A stretch of DNA of 64,000 nt from Armatimonadota bacterium (GCA_041690135.1 JAWLHY010000002.1:288001-352000); one strand, 5' to 3'. Counted from the stretch's first letter, positions 36,893-47,164 are shown. Numbers and translations are program-made. Notes: generated from the letters alone by a model not told the origin.

Positions 36893-37215
36893 ATGCAACA
36901 CAGGTGCGGGGGCATGATCCTGGTCAGCTACGGGGGTGCGGTACGGGTGCGGGGGAAGCATCCTGGTCGGGGACGGCCCTATGCTCCGCCGGGTGTACGA
37001 CCACGACCCTACCGTCTGCACTGCGGCTACCGGAATGCATAACGGGTGCGCAGGCATGATCCTGGTCGGCGACTGCGGGCCGGCCCTACGCACGCACAGT
37101 CGCGTGGTGCATGGGCATGGTGATTGTCACGCGGCAGTTGCTTACCTGCAACCGACCCTATCGGCCAACCGTGAAGTCGACTTGGTGGAGGTAGGGGAAC
37201 GGTCGCAGTCCCTTC
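36893..37215. repeat. Degenerate GTAG-type REP-like repeat cluster (related copy at 24574-24605)
   Basis: GGTGCG.GGGCATGATCCTGGTC three times, several ..CCCTAC ends, inverted GTAGGGGAACGGTCGCAGTCCC at 37191. Confidence 0.55.
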
Positions 37216-37344
37216 CCCAGAGCATGGTTTCGCACCCGTCGGCCCACCATGCAGCGCCACCAGTGGACACGCGACCCTCCTTATCTTAATCGTAATCCGT
37301 ATCCTAATCGGCCGCAGGCCCCTTCAACCTGGAACTTTCAACGT

Positions 37345-37737
37345 TCAACTCATCTCCCGGCAGAAGAGGCCGACGAGTTGGAGGAGCAGCCTGGAGTTAA
37401 AGGGTTTATCCAGGTAGGCCACGGCGCGCAAGGAGTTGCCGACCTGTTCCTCGCGAGAAACGGCGCTGGTGACGATGATGGGAACGCCGGCCAGGCGGGA
37501 ATCGGCGCGCTGTTCCCGGCGGAAGGCCCAGCCGTCCATGCGGGGCATCATCAGGTCCAGCAGGATCACGCCGGGGAGCGGGTTCGTGCGGAGATACCGG
37601 AGGGCGTCCTCCCCGTCGGTGGCCGTGGCGGTGGGATACCCGGCCAGGCCGAGAATCTCCACGATCAACCCACGGATCGCTTCGTCGTCGTCCACGATCA
37701 AGACGGTCCTTACTCCGTCCGCCGGCGCCGCGTCCAT
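37345..37737 (-). CDS. Single-domain response regulator
   Basis: LIVDDD, LLDLMMPRMDG, KPF; GGAGGT RBS. Confidence 0.9.
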   Translation of the reverse strand: MDAAPADGVRTVLIVDDDEAIRGLIVEILGLAGYPTATATDGEDALRYLRTNPLPGVILLDLMMPRMDGWAFRREQRADSRLAGVPIIVTSAVSREEQVGNSLRAVAYLDKPFNSRLLLQLVGLFCREMS

Positions 37738-37980
37738 AACACCTCCGTTGCTTCCGTTAATCGTTAACGTCGCTCCCAACGAAGTTTAACCACGCACGGA
37801 GGCTCAAGCAACCGGTCATTGAATCAGACCATGTCCCTGCCTGCTCGTTGACAGGTTCGGCAAGATCATCGATCATCTGGGAAGACCCCGGTCTGATACG
37901 ATATAACGTGCCGCCGCCTCGATCGGAGTCAGGATCGAACGCGAACGCAGGCCGGACGAGCAGGAAGAGACCGTAGCAAG

Positions 37981-39369
37981 ATGAAGCCTTTCAATAGTTG
38001 GTTCGAGTGCACCAATCCCGAGTGCGGAAAGCGCTATCCGCTGAACGAGGTGATCTATAAGTGCCCGGACTGCAGCACCGGCGACAAGCGCAGCGGGCTC
38101 CTGCGGGTGCGGCACGATATGGACGCGCTGCGGCAGCGCTCGGCAGAAGAGTGGAAGGCGCTTTTTGAAAGCCGCTGGGCGCATACCAAGTGGCCTTACG
38201 GGAGCGGCGTTTGGGGCAAGAAGGAGTGGGTTTGCCCGGTCGTGGACGATGAGAACATCGTCAGCGCCTACGAGGGCGGTACCAACCTCTTCTGGGCCAA
38301 CCGGTTTGGGCAGGAAGTCGGCCTGGACGACCTCTGGGTGAAGCTGTGCGGCAACAGCCACAGCGGCTCGTTCAAGGACCTGGGGATGACCGTCCTCGTC
38401 AGCATGGTCAAGCAGATGATCAGCGAGGGCAAGCCGATCAAAGCCGTGGCCTGCGCCTCCACCGGGGACACCTCGGCCGCGCTGGCGATGTACTGTGCTG
38501 CTTCCGGTATTCCGGCCATCGTGCTGCTGCCTCGCTCCAAGGTCAGCATCCCGCAGCTCATCCAACCGATCGCCAACGGCGCCCTCACCATTGCGCTTGA
38601 TACGGACTTCGATGGCTGCATGGCGCTGGTTGCCGACCTGTGCCAGAAGGAGAATATCTACCTGGCCAACTCCATGAACTCGCTGCGGCTGGAAGGGCAG
38701 AAGACGATTGCCCTGGAGATCCTGCAGCAGTTCGACTGGCAGCCGGTCGACGTGGTGGTGGTGCCGGTCGGGAACTGCGGGAACATCTCCGCCATCGGCC
38801 AGGGTTTCCTGATGATGAAGGAGCTCGGCCTGATCGACCGCATTCCCCGCCTCGTCGGGGCGCAGACCGTCAAGGCCAACCCGCTTGCCGAGCTCTACCG
38901 CCGGGGTTACCCGGACGAGCCTTTCCGGCCGATGCAGGCGCAGGACACCCTGGCCAACGCCATCCGGATCGGCGACCCGGTCAACCTGTACAAGGCCATC
39001 GAGATCCTCAAGCAGATGCCGGGCCACTCCATCATCGATGTCACCGAGGACGAGCTAGCGCACGCTTCCGCCTGGGCGGACCGCGGTGGTCTCTTCACCT
39101 GCCCCCACACCGGCGTGGCCCTGGCCGCCATGCTCAAGCTGGTAAAGCAGGGCGAGATCAAGCGGAGCGACCGGGTGGTGGTTATCAGCACCGCCAACGG
39201 CCTTAAGTTCCCGCAGTTCAAGATCGCCTACCACGCCCCCGAGTCGTCGCAAGAGGTGGAGGAGACCCCGACCCTGGCCGAGGTCACCCCGCGCCTGCGG
39301 AACTCTCCGGTCTACCTCCCCGCCAACCTGGATACGGTACGCGCCACAATTGACCAGCGGCTGGGATAA
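37981..39369 (+). CDS. thrC: Threonine synthase
   Basis: [13 protein letters not shown] lysine, [38 protein letters not shown]. Confidence 0.92.
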   Translation: MKPFNSWFECTNPECGKRYPLNEVIYKCPDCSTGDKRSGLLRVRHDMDALRQRSAEEWKALFESRWAHTKWPYGSGVWGKKEWVCPVVDDENIVSAYEGGTNLFWANRFGQEVGLDDLWVKLCGNSHSGSFKDLGMTVLVSMVKQMISEGKPIKAVACASTGDTSAALAMYCAASGIPAIVLLPRSKVSIPQLIQPIANGALTIALDTDFDGCMALVADLCQKENIYLANSMNSLRLEGQKTIALEILQQFDWQPVDVVVVPVGNCGNISAIGQGFLMMKELGLIDRIPRLVGAQTVKANPLAELYRRGYPDEPFRPMQAQDTLANAIRIGDPVNLYKAIEILKQMPGHSIIDVTEDELAHASAWADRGGLFTCPHTGVALAAMLKLVKQGEIKRSDRVVVISTANGLKFPQFKIAYHAPESSQEVEETPTLAEVTPRLRNSPVYLPANLDTVRATIDQRLG

Positions 39370-39447
39370 CGGTTTCAGCTTTCTCCATCTCGGGCAACCG
39401 TGTAGCAACCCGGACGCAGGTCCGGGTCACAGGGAGGAAGCGAAGCC

Positions 39448-40725
39448 ATGGCCGACTATCCCCGTCTGGCGCCCGTGTGCCAGCGGCTCTATTCCAGCCC
39501 CATCGATGATCTTCCGGCGGCGGTCCGGTGCGCACTCGCCGACGCTATTCCTCCGGATCGGGTCCGGAAGGGGCAGCGGATCGGCATCACCGCGGGCAGT
39601 CGCGGCATCGCCAATATTGCCCCGATCCTGAAGGCCGCCGTCGATCTCCTGCGGGAGCGCGGAGCCGAGCCGTTTCTCTTTCCCTCCATGGGCAGTCACG
39701 GCGGCGCCACGGCCGAGGGGCAGGCGGACCTGCTGGGCCGCGTCTTCGGCATCAACGAGGAGACCATGGGCTACCCGGTCCTCTCCTCGATGGAGGTCGT
39801 CGAATTGGGCCGCACTCCGGAGCACGACCTTCCCGTCTACGTGGATGAGCACGTCGCGAAAGCCGACGGTATCCTCGTCGTGAACCGCGTCAAGGCCCAC
39901 ACCGACTACCGCGGTCCTCACGAGAGCGGGTTGATGAAGATGATCGCCATCGGAATGGGCAAGCGCGCCCAGGCGGAGACCATCCATGCCCATGGGGTTT
40001 ACGGCCTGCGGGAATTGATCCCCGAGGTGGCGCGCGCGAAGATCCGCATGGCTCCTATCCTCGGCGGCCTGGCCCTGGTGGAGGATGGCTACGACCAGAC
40101 CTCGGAGATCGTGGGCCTCCCGGCGGACCGGATCGAGGCGGAGGAGCCGGCGATCCTGGAGCGGGCCAAGGCCGGCATGGCGCTGCTGCCGTTCGACGAG
40201 CTAGATCTGCTGGTGATCGACCGGATGAGCAAGGAGATCAGCGGTACCGGCATGGACACCAACGTCATCGGCCGGCGCCGGATCAACAACGAGCCGGAGT
40301 GGGAAGTGCCAGCCATCGAGGTGGTGTTCGTCCGCGACCTGGAACAGCACGCCTCCACCAATGCGGTCGGCATCGGCCTGGCCGATCTCACCACCCGGAG
40401 ACTCCGCGAGCGGTTCGACCTGAAGAAGACCCAGGTGAACGGCCTCACCTCCACCTTTGCCCAGCGGCTGATGCTGCCGGTGGTGGCGGAGGACGACCGG
40501 GAGGGCATGGATCACGCCATGTATCTCCTGCGGCGCAAGTCCCCCGACCAGATCCGCATGGTCCGGATCCGCGACACCGCCCACCTCCACCGCCTGCTCG
40601 TCTCCGAGGCGCTGCTGCCGGAGGTCCGGCGGCATGAACGGCTGGAGCAGGAAGGAGAACCGGAGGAGATCCGCTTCGACGCGGAAGGCAAGCTCACCCC
40701 CGACGAAGTCGTGCAGGTCAAGTAA
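39448..40725 (+). CDS. LarA-like (lactate racemase N-terminal domain) protein
   Basis: GSRGI, PSMGSHGGATAEGQ, NRVKAHT, ESGL.KM..IG.GK, K.ISG.GMD.NV.GR. Confidence 0.75.
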   Translation: MADYPRLAPVCQRLYSSPIDDLPAAVRCALADAIPPDRVRKGQRIGITAGSRGIANIAPILKAAVDLLRERGAEPFLFPSMGSHGGATAEGQADLLGRVFGINEETMGYPVLSSMEVVELGRTPEHDLPVYVDEHVAKADGILVVNRVKAHTDYRGPHESGLMKMIAIGMGKRAQAETIHAHGVYGLRELIPEVARAKIRMAPILGGLALVEDGYDQTSEIVGLPADRIEAEEPAILERAKAGMALLPFDELDLLVIDRMSKEISGTGMDTNVIGRRRINNEPEWEVPAIEVVFVRDLEQHASTNAVGIGLADLTTRRLRERFDLKKTQVNGLTSTFAQRLMLPVVAEDDREGMDHAMYLLRRKSPDQIRMVRIRDTAHLHRLLVSEALLPEVRRHERLEQEGEPEEIRFDAEGKLTPDEVVQVK

Positions 40726-40740
40726 AGGAGAGGAATCCCC

Positions 40741-41640
40741 ATGGAACCGGAGATCATTGCCGACCACAAGTGCGTCACTGGAGAGGCTCCCCTCTGGCAT
40801 CCCGGTGAAGGACAGCTCTACTGGAGCGACATTCCGGCGGGACGGATGTATCGCTACGATCCGCAGACGGGTCAGCACGAGCAGTTCTACCGGGGCGAGC
40901 CGGTCGGCAGCTTTACCATCCAGGAAGACGGTGGGCTGCTGCTGCTGGGGACAAGAGGCTCGGTGCGGGTCTGGGCGGGCGGCACACTGGTTACCCTGAT
41001 CGAGGAGATTCCGGACGAGCGGGAGACGCGCTTCAACGACGCGATCGCTGATCCGATGGGGCGCGTCTTTGCGGGCACGATGCCGGCGAAGGATCGCTCC
41101 AGTCATCTCTATCGCCTGGAGCCGGATGGCGCGCCGATCCAGGTGCTGGATGGGTTGGGCCAGGCAAATGGGATGGGTTTCTCGCCGGATCGGCGTTTTC
41201 TCTATCTCACCGATACCCGCGAGCGGCGCATCTACCGCTTTGCCTACAATCCCGTAGATGGCGCGCTCACGGACCGCGAGGTCTTCGCCGAAGTGCCGGA
41301 TGCCGAGGGGGAAGGCAAGCCCGACGGCTTGACGGTTGATGCCGACGGCCACGTCTGGTCGGCGCGGTGGGGCGGCGGCTGCGTGGTCCGGTATGCGCCG
41401 GACGGCACGGAAGAGCGGCGGATCGTCCTGCCGACCCTCAAGATCTCCAGCCTGGCCTTCGGCGGTGAGAGCTACCAGGATCTCTACATCACCAGCGCGG
41501 GCGGCGATGACCGGGTGGAGAACGGGCCGCACGCCGGTGCCCTGTTCCGCGTCCGCCCCGGGGTGACGGGCGTGCCGGAGTTCCGGTCGCGCGTTGGCAC
41601 GGCCAATCCGTTAGCTCCGGGTCTCTCCAAAGCGGCATAA
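40741..41640 (+). CDS. SMP-30/gluconolactonase family protein
   Basis: GEAPLW, RFND..ADP.GR, NG.GFSPD, PDG.TVD, LYITSA. Confidence 0.92.
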   Translation: MEPEIIADHKCVTGEAPLWHPGEGQLYWSDIPAGRMYRYDPQTGQHEQFYRGEPVGSFTIQEDGGLLLLGTRGSVRVWAGGTLVTLIEEIPDERETRFNDAIADPMGRVFAGTMPAKDRSSHLYRLEPDGAPIQVLDGLGQANGMGFSPDRRFLYLTDTRERRIYRFAYNPVDGALTDREVFAEVPDAEGEGKPDGLTVDADGHVWSARWGGGCVVRYAPDGTEERRIVLPTLKISSLAFGGESYQDLYITSAGGDDRVENGPHAGALFRVRPGVTGVPEFRSRVGTANPLAPGLSKAA

Positions 41641-41803
41641 CTCGGGTCGCGCGTGAGGCGAAGACCACCAGCCGTGGCCTTGCTTACGGTGCGGTGCCAA
41701 AGAGCGGGTTTGTCCGCTTCTCTTGTTGGGGACTCTCGGCGCGGGCGCTTCCGTTCAGGTGAGGCGCTCTCCGACGAAAATACCCGATGCGGGAGGAGGA
41801 CTC

Positions 41804-42613
41804 ATGGACGATACTCTCAACCGGCGGCACTTGCTGGCCGGTACGCTGCCCGCCGCGACCCTGCTGGGCTCGGCCGTGACCGGAGGAGCGGCCATCGCGC
41901 AGGACCGGGACGCGGCCGGAGCGCGCCGTGGCTTCGACTCGGTGGTCGAGCGGCTAATCGCCCAGGCCTATCAGAACGGCCGGTACACGCTGCCGCCGCT
42001 GCCGTACCCTTACGACGCTCTAGAGCCGCACATCGATGCCCGCACCATGCGTCTGCATCACGACCAGCATCACCTGGGCTACGTGAACGGTCTCAACCGG
42101 ACTCTGGACGCGCTGGAAGAGTTCCGGCGGGGCACGGAGAAGGACTCCAGCCTTCTCTACGCTTTGCAGCGGGACCTCACGTTCAACGGCGGCGGCCACA
42201 CGCTCCACACCCTCTTTTGGGCCACCATGGCGCCCCGGGGCGGCGGTACCCCGAGAGGTGAGATCGCCCAGGCCCTGAATCGCCAGTTCGGCTCCTTCAG
42301 CCGTTTCAAGGAGTACTACACCAGCGTGGCAACGGGCGTGAAGGGCAGCGGCTGGGCCGTGCTGGCGTACGAGCCCGTAGGCGACATGCTGGACGTGTTC
42401 CAGGTCGGCGACCACGACACCAAGCTGATCGCCACCGCGGAGCCCCTGCTCCCGCTGGACGTATGGGAGCACGCCTATTACCTGAAGTACACCAACAACC
42501 GCGGCCGGTACGTGGACGCCTGGTGGAACGTGGTCAACTGGCCCGCCGTGAACGACGCTTACACCTGGGTTCGCTCCCGCTTCCGCGAGCGCCAGGCCCG
42601 CGCTTCCGGCTAG
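41804..42613 (+). CDS. sod: Fe/Mn superoxide dismutase with twin-arginine signal
   Basis: NRRHLL Tat motif; LPPLPY.YDALEP, HH..HH.GYV, FNGGGH..H, GSGW, DVWEHAYY. Confidence 0.93.
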   Translation: MDDTLNRRHLLAGTLPAATLLGSAVTGGAAIAQDRDAAGARRGFDSVVERLIAQAYQNGRYTLPPLPYPYDALEPHIDARTMRLHHDQHHLGYVNGLNRTLDALEEFRRGTEKDSSLLYALQRDLTFNGGGHTLHTLFWATMAPRGGGTPRGEIAQALNRQFGSFSRFKEYYTSVATGVKGSGWAVLAYEPVGDMLDVFQVGDHDTKLIATAEPLLPLDVWEHAYYLKYTNNRGRYVDAWWNVVNWPAVNDAYTWVRSRFRERQARASG

Positions 42614-42839
42614 CGCCCGGGGCGGGGGGCTAGGGGTTGGGGGCCAGGGGTTAGGGGCTGGGGAATAGGAATGAGGGGAAGGGGTGTTGTGCGGTTCGGT
42701 TGTTATGCGTCTCTGCGGGTCCAGGACGGTCAGAGAGATAGCCCCGGACCCGCCTCTGGTCTTCAGGCGAAACCTGGATACATAGTCAACTCTCCACCCT
42801 CCACCCCCCGACCCCTGGCCCCCAATCCCACAGGGCCCG

Positions 42840-44150
42840 TCAGGCAGCGCGGCGGCGCTCTGGGCTGAGATCCTCGGTGGGTTGCCCTTCCTCATCCGGA
42901 GGCGAGGGTTTCTCGCCTCCGGACTCCTGCTGGTCTCGTTCGTCGGCGGGGGGACGGGCGTCCCGGCTGCCTTGTTCGGTCTCCTCCGCTTCCCTGGTAT
43001 CGAGACCGGGAGAAAGGACGGCCTCCGCCTGATGCTCCAGCGCCCGGGTGTTCTCTTCCTGGGGGCGCAAGTAGAATTCTTCCCAGCAGACTTTCAGGAT
43101 GCCGGTGACCGGCACCGCCAGGATCGCGCCCAGGATGCCGAAGAGCGAGTGCATCACCAGCAGGGTGAACAGGAGAGAGACCGGGTGGAGCTCCATCGCC
43201 TCGCCCATGATCCACGGCACCAGCACGTTGCCCTCGATCTGCTGCAGCGCGACGAAGAAGAGCGCCACCCACAGGGCTTGGGTCGGGTCCATCGCCAGCG
43301 CGTAAAGAATCGGAGGAAGGGCGGCCAGGATGGGGCCGATTACCGGGATCAACTCCCCGAAGCCCGCCAGTACGCCGAACAGTCCTGCGTGGGGGATGCC
43401 CAGGAGATGGAGCCCTCCCCATGTCAACAGTGCGACGATAACGCCGTCCACAACGGAAGCCCAGGCCCACCGCACGATCCGGTACATGCTTCGCTCGACG
43501 ACGGCGGTGGTTTGCTCCCGGTAAGGTTCCGGCACAGCGGTCAGAAGCCCCGTCAGCAGGGGTTCCGGTCGCCCGACGGTGTAGATGACCAGCACCAGGA
43601 CCAGCAGCACGGAGAAGAAGCCGGTTACCGCGTTCATCAGGTAGTTGGTCAACTGGCCAAAGAGATTGTAGAGCCGCGGCGTGATGCTGCTGAGGATCTC
43701 CGTCGGCGGCGGAACGGCCTCCGCGAGCTGCGGGAACTGCAGCGTAAAACGGAAGTAGAGATCGTTCAACCAGGCGGAAACCTGGTCTCGCAGAGCCGCG
43801 ATGTCGCCCACGTCTTGCAACAGGCGCGGGACCAGCAGATATCCCAGGTAGCCTACCAGGCCCACGGAGGCGAAGACCAGCACGATGGCGCTGAGGATGC
43901 GCGGGATGCCGCGCTCCGCCAGCCAGGCGGCGGCCGGGTTGAGCACGGCCGACAGCACGAATACGAGCAGAAAAAGCAGCAGGATGCCGCTGATCGGCCC
44001 GGCGAGCTGCCATACGAGGAAGATGCCCACGAGCAACAGGATCGCGTGGCGGAAAGCCCGGTAAAAGCCGCGGTAGAGGGCATCGGCGAGTTCGGATGTC
44101 GTTACCGACTCATCTTTCCGGTTCTCACCGGATACGACAGCCCTTCTCAC
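42840..44150 (-). CDS. AI-2E family transporter
   Basis: Multiple TMs; IPVIGP, QQIEGNVLVP.IMG..M.LHP, GAILAVP. Confidence 0.9.
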   Translation of the reverse strand: MRRAVVSGENRKDESVTTSELADALYRGFYRAFRHAILLLVGIFLVWQLAGPISGILLLFLLVFVLSAVLNPAAAWLAERGIPRILSAIVLVFASVGLVGYLGYLLVPRLLQDVGDIAALRDQVSAWLNDLYFRFTLQFPQLAEAVPPPTEILSSITPRLYNLFGQLTNYLMNAVTGFFSVLLVLVLVIYTVGRPEPLLTGLLTAVPEPYREQTTAVVERSMYRIVRWAWASVVDGVIVALLTWGGLHLLGIPHAGLFGVLAGFGELIPVIGPILAALPPILYALAMDPTQALWVALFFVALQQIEGNVLVPWIMGEAMELHPVSLLFTLLVMHSLFGILGAILAVPVTGILKVCWEEFYLRPQEENTRALEHQAEAVLSPGLDTREAEETEQGSRDARPPADERDQQESGGEKPSPPDEEGQPTEDLSPERRRAA

Positions 44151-44193
44151 CCCTGGCTCCTTTCGCCTCCTTTAGCAAGATCGCCAGTCCCGG

Positions 44194-44691
44194 TTACCCG
44201 TCGCCTTCCGGACCACAAACCCCGCCCGGGGTCCGAGCCACACCGTTGAGACGAGCCTGAACCTGCTGCCGCAGGGGAATGAAGAGAAGGCCCAGGACCA
44301 GCCCATACAGGAGGTGGGCGCCCAGGAGACCGAGGCCGGGGATGCCCGGCGTCACCACCCGGTCCAAGACCCACTGGAGCACCACGATCGGGCCGAGCAC
44401 CCACAAGAGAAAGCCGTAGCAGATCCCGAACAGCCAGCTTCCTCGTGGGTCATCAGCGGCGCGACGAAAGACACGGCCGTAGAGAAGCCCGCCCAGGGTC
44501 GCCAGGGTTATCCAGGCAGCCAGTACGCCCCATCCGGGTAGTCCCGTGCTCCATGACAGCCCTCCGATCGCGCCGGCGGTCCACAAGAGCGCCGCGGAGG
44601 GCAGCGCCGCCCCGAACCAGGCGGCGGCGCCCACCGCGCCATGCCACTGCCTGGGCACCGTTGTATTTCCATGGGCGCGCATGTACTCCAC
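44194..44691 (-). CDS. Hypothetical membrane protein
   Basis: Four hydrophobic segments; HLLYGLVLG; third gene of a tight operon. Confidence 0.6.
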   Translation of the reverse strand: MEYMRAHGNTTVPRQWHGAVGAAAWFGAALPSAALLWTAGAIGGLSWSTGLPGWGVLAAWITLATLGGLLYGRVFRRAADDPRGSWLFGICYGFLLWVLGPIVVLQWVLDRVVTPGIPGLGLLGAHLLYGLVLGLLFIPLRQQVQARLNGVARTPGGVCGPEGDG

Positions 44692-44697
44692 GGCGGT

Positions 44698-45897
44698 TCA
44701 CCTCAGGATCAGCAGGTCGGTGTTGGGCAGGAGCGGGACCTCCCGGTACATCTCCACCAGGTGCCGGTAGGCGAGGGCGACCGGGCGGGGATTGCGGTTG
44801 AGATCGTAGAGGCCCACCGGAAAGACATTGCCCGCGGCGCGGCTCATGCCCCGGTCCCAATCGATCTGGTCCTGCAGGCTGTACCAGGTAAAACCCAGCA
44901 CCGGAACCCCTTCTTGCCGGATCAGTTGGACGTTATGCCACTGCCTCCAGAGCCATCCCGGCGCCTGCGCGGCGTCGGGGCAGTTCGTCTCCGTATGCAT
45001 GATGGGCCGGCGATAACGCTGGAAGTACTGGCTGGTGATGACGTACCACCCGAAGAGCTCCCCGAGGTTCTCCTTCCGCCCTTCCGCGTTGATCAGGATC
45101 TCATTCCATTCGTAATAGTCGATCCCGAGAACGCTCCGGCGTCCCAGGTCCTGCTGCATAAACCAGGCGTACTCGTCGCGGGGCATTCCGTGGTCCAGCA
45201 GGTAGGTGTAAACGTCCGCGCGGACCGGATTTCCGTAGAGCAGGTCCAGCGCGATGAACCGGCGTTGGTTCTCGAAGTCGGCGATCCGCATGATCTCCGG
45301 GTCGGGGCAGCACGGCTGGCAGAATTCACTGCTCTCGCTGTTGATGAACACCGCGTCCGGCCGTTCCCGGAGAATCGCCTGGATCATCAGCACGCAGGAG
45401 CGGGCCAGGTGGCGCACTGCGGTCGCGAAGGCCTGCTCGGTGCGGATCTGCTCGTTCCAGAGCCCCTCCAGAGTGCTCATCCGGGCCGCCACGAACATCT
45501 CGTTGACCGGCGTGTAGAACTTGACCCACGGGTAGCGCCGGGCAAAGGCGGCCGCGTATTCCGCCAGACGCTCCGGCAGTTCGGGGTTCTGGAAGTTTTC
45601 CAGCCAGTCCGGCACGCCGAAGTGGCAGAGGTCCATGATCGGCACGATCTCCAACTCACGCATGGCCTCGGCTACCGCGTCGAGGAATGACCAGTCGTAC
45701 CGTCCGGGACCCAGGTATATCCGGTGGAGCGGCGGGCCGTAGCGCAGGTATTTCAGCCCCAGTTCTCGGACCAGCTCCAGGTCTCTGCGCCAGTAGCGGT
45801 AGTGATCCGTCGCTTCGAGCTGGTCCAGACGCCAGCGCCCGCTCTCGATGGTGGGATAACTGCACTCGATTCCCGTCGCGAACATGAAATCAGCCAT
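44698..45897 (-). CDS. Glycoside hydrolase family 1-like protein
   Basis: FATGIECS, DL.HFGVPDW, TPVNE acid/base motif, HTET nucleophile, GFTWYSL.DQ.DW. Confidence 0.85.
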   Translation of the reverse strand: MADFMFATGIECSYPTIESGRWRLDQLEATDHYRYWRRDLELVRELGLKYLRYGPPLHRIYLGPGRYDWSFLDAVAEAMRELEIVPIMDLCHFGVPDWLENFQNPELPERLAEYAAAFARRYPWVKFYTPVNEMFVAARMSTLEGLWNEQIRTEQAFATAVRHLARSCVLMIQAILRERPDAVFINSESSEFCQPCCPDPEIMRIADFENQRRFIALDLLYGNPVRADVYTYLLDHGMPRDEYAWFMQQDLGRRSVLGIDYYEWNEILINAEGRKENLGELFGWYVITSQYFQRYRRPIMHTETNCPDAAQAPGWLWRQWHNVQLIRQEGVPVLGFTWYSLQDQIDWDRGMSRAAGNVFPVGLYDLNRNPRPVALAYRHLVEMYREVPLLPNTDLLILR

Positions 45898-46417
45898 GCA
45901 GGGCCCTCCGCTGACGGTTTGAGCGCCGGACCGGGTACCCGACGGGGCGGGTATAAAGCGTTCCCATCACGAGGCCATAGATGCCGTGTCCCAGCACGAG
46001 ACCCAGGGGGCCGGCCCACCCGAAGCTGGCGCCAAACGGGCCAGGGTCAGGCAGACGCCCGTTGGCGACCAGCGGATGGATCAGCGCCATCTGCGGCACC
46101 ATGATCAGCCCCGCCAGCGGAGTGGGCACGAAGAGGGCGAAGCACAGTCCCTGGAGAGGCGGAGGCCAGTCGAAGGTGGACCAGAAGAAGTAGGCGTAGA
46201 AGACGGCCCAGATCGTCCCCACCATCGCATGGAGTGCCAGGCCCACCGGCCACCATTGCCAGGCCGGCCCCTGGCCCACCGCCAACGTTCCCAGAAGGTG
46301 CGTGATATCGTGGATCGGCACTCCCGCCAGCAGTAACAGCCGGATCACGAGTTCCCATGCCACGGCGCCCGCCATCCCGGCCAGCACCGCCTTACCGAAC
46401 GCCACTTTTCGAATCAC
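45890..46417 (-). CDS. Hypothetical membrane protein
   Basis: Four TMs with H in LALHAMVG and GHGIYGLV; overlaps the GH1 start. Confidence 0.65.
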   Translation of the reverse strand: MIRKVAFGKAVLAGMAGAVAWELVIRLLLLAGVPIHDITHLLGTLAVGQGPAWQWWPVGLALHAMVGTIWAVFYAYFFWSTFDWPPPLQGLCFALFVPTPLAGLIMVPQMALIHPLVANGRLPDPGPFGASFGWAGPLGLVLGHGIYGLVMGTLYTRPVGYPVRRSNRQRRALHG

Positions 46418-46673
46418 GCGAATACTTCTTTCGGAACTCTCTGTCCGCGAAAGCGCTCCATGCGATGCGACCCCGATCCACGTCTCTTCCTATCTTCCCG
46501 TCGCTCTGCAGCCGGAAACAGGCGCCGGCGTGGCACGACCCCGGCGGGGTTGCCCGCCGGAAGAGAAGGGTAAGGGATACCGGAACGCAACGACGGTTTA
46601 CGCCGTGTGACCCGGAGACGGCGCCCGCCTCGCCGGGTCCGACACGGCGGGCCGGGGAAGGGAGAGAAGAGAA

Positions 46674-47150
46674 ATGGTACGAGCTTGGGGACGAGTCGGG
46701 CTGCTGGTAGGGAGCCTGTCGTTGGGGATGGCACTGCCCTCCGCCGCGGTCAACCCGGTCTATCCGCTGGTGGCCGTGAGCGTGGACGGCACGGAGCTGG
46801 CAACGCGCGGGCTGCTGATGAACGGCCGCACGTTGCTGCCGGTGCGGGAGTTGACCCAGCAGTTGAACGGCACCGTCCGGTGGGACCCGCACAGCAAAAC
46901 GGTGTGGGCCGCCTTCCCGGACCAGGGGCGGACGATCCGCATGACCATCAACTCGCCGGTGGCGAGCATCTACACCTACGATCCGGACCAGCCGCACCGG
47001 ACCGGGCCGTTCGTGGAGCGGATCCGGCTGGACCAGCCGCCGGTGCTGCTGGGCGGTAGAGTGGTCGCCCCGGTCGCCGCGGCGGCCGAAGTGGCGGGAG
47101 CCGTGGCCTACTGGGAGCCGGAACAGAAGATGGTGGTGATTGAAAGCTAG
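46674..47150 (+). CDS. Copper amine oxidase N-terminal (stalk) domain secreted protein
   Basis: Signal peptide; NGRTLLPVR.L...L.G.V.WD, P.L.GGRVVAPV. Confidence 0.8.
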   Translation: MVRAWGRVGLLVGSLSLGMALPSAAVNPVYPLVAVSVDGTELATRGLLMNGRTLLPVRELTQQLNGTVRWDPHSKTVWAAFPDQGRTIRMTINSPVASIYTYDPDQPHRTGPFVERIRLDQPPVLLGGRVVAPVAAAAEVAGAVAYWEPEQKMVVIES

Positions 47151-47164
47151 GACTGTCCAAGTGC

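Noticed and set aside
36893-37289. Peptide-repeat ORF (CGGMILV..G) or CRISPR-like array
   Set aside because: The repeats fall in different frames, are degenerate and irregularly spaced, match a non-coding copy at 24574, and there are no cas genes.
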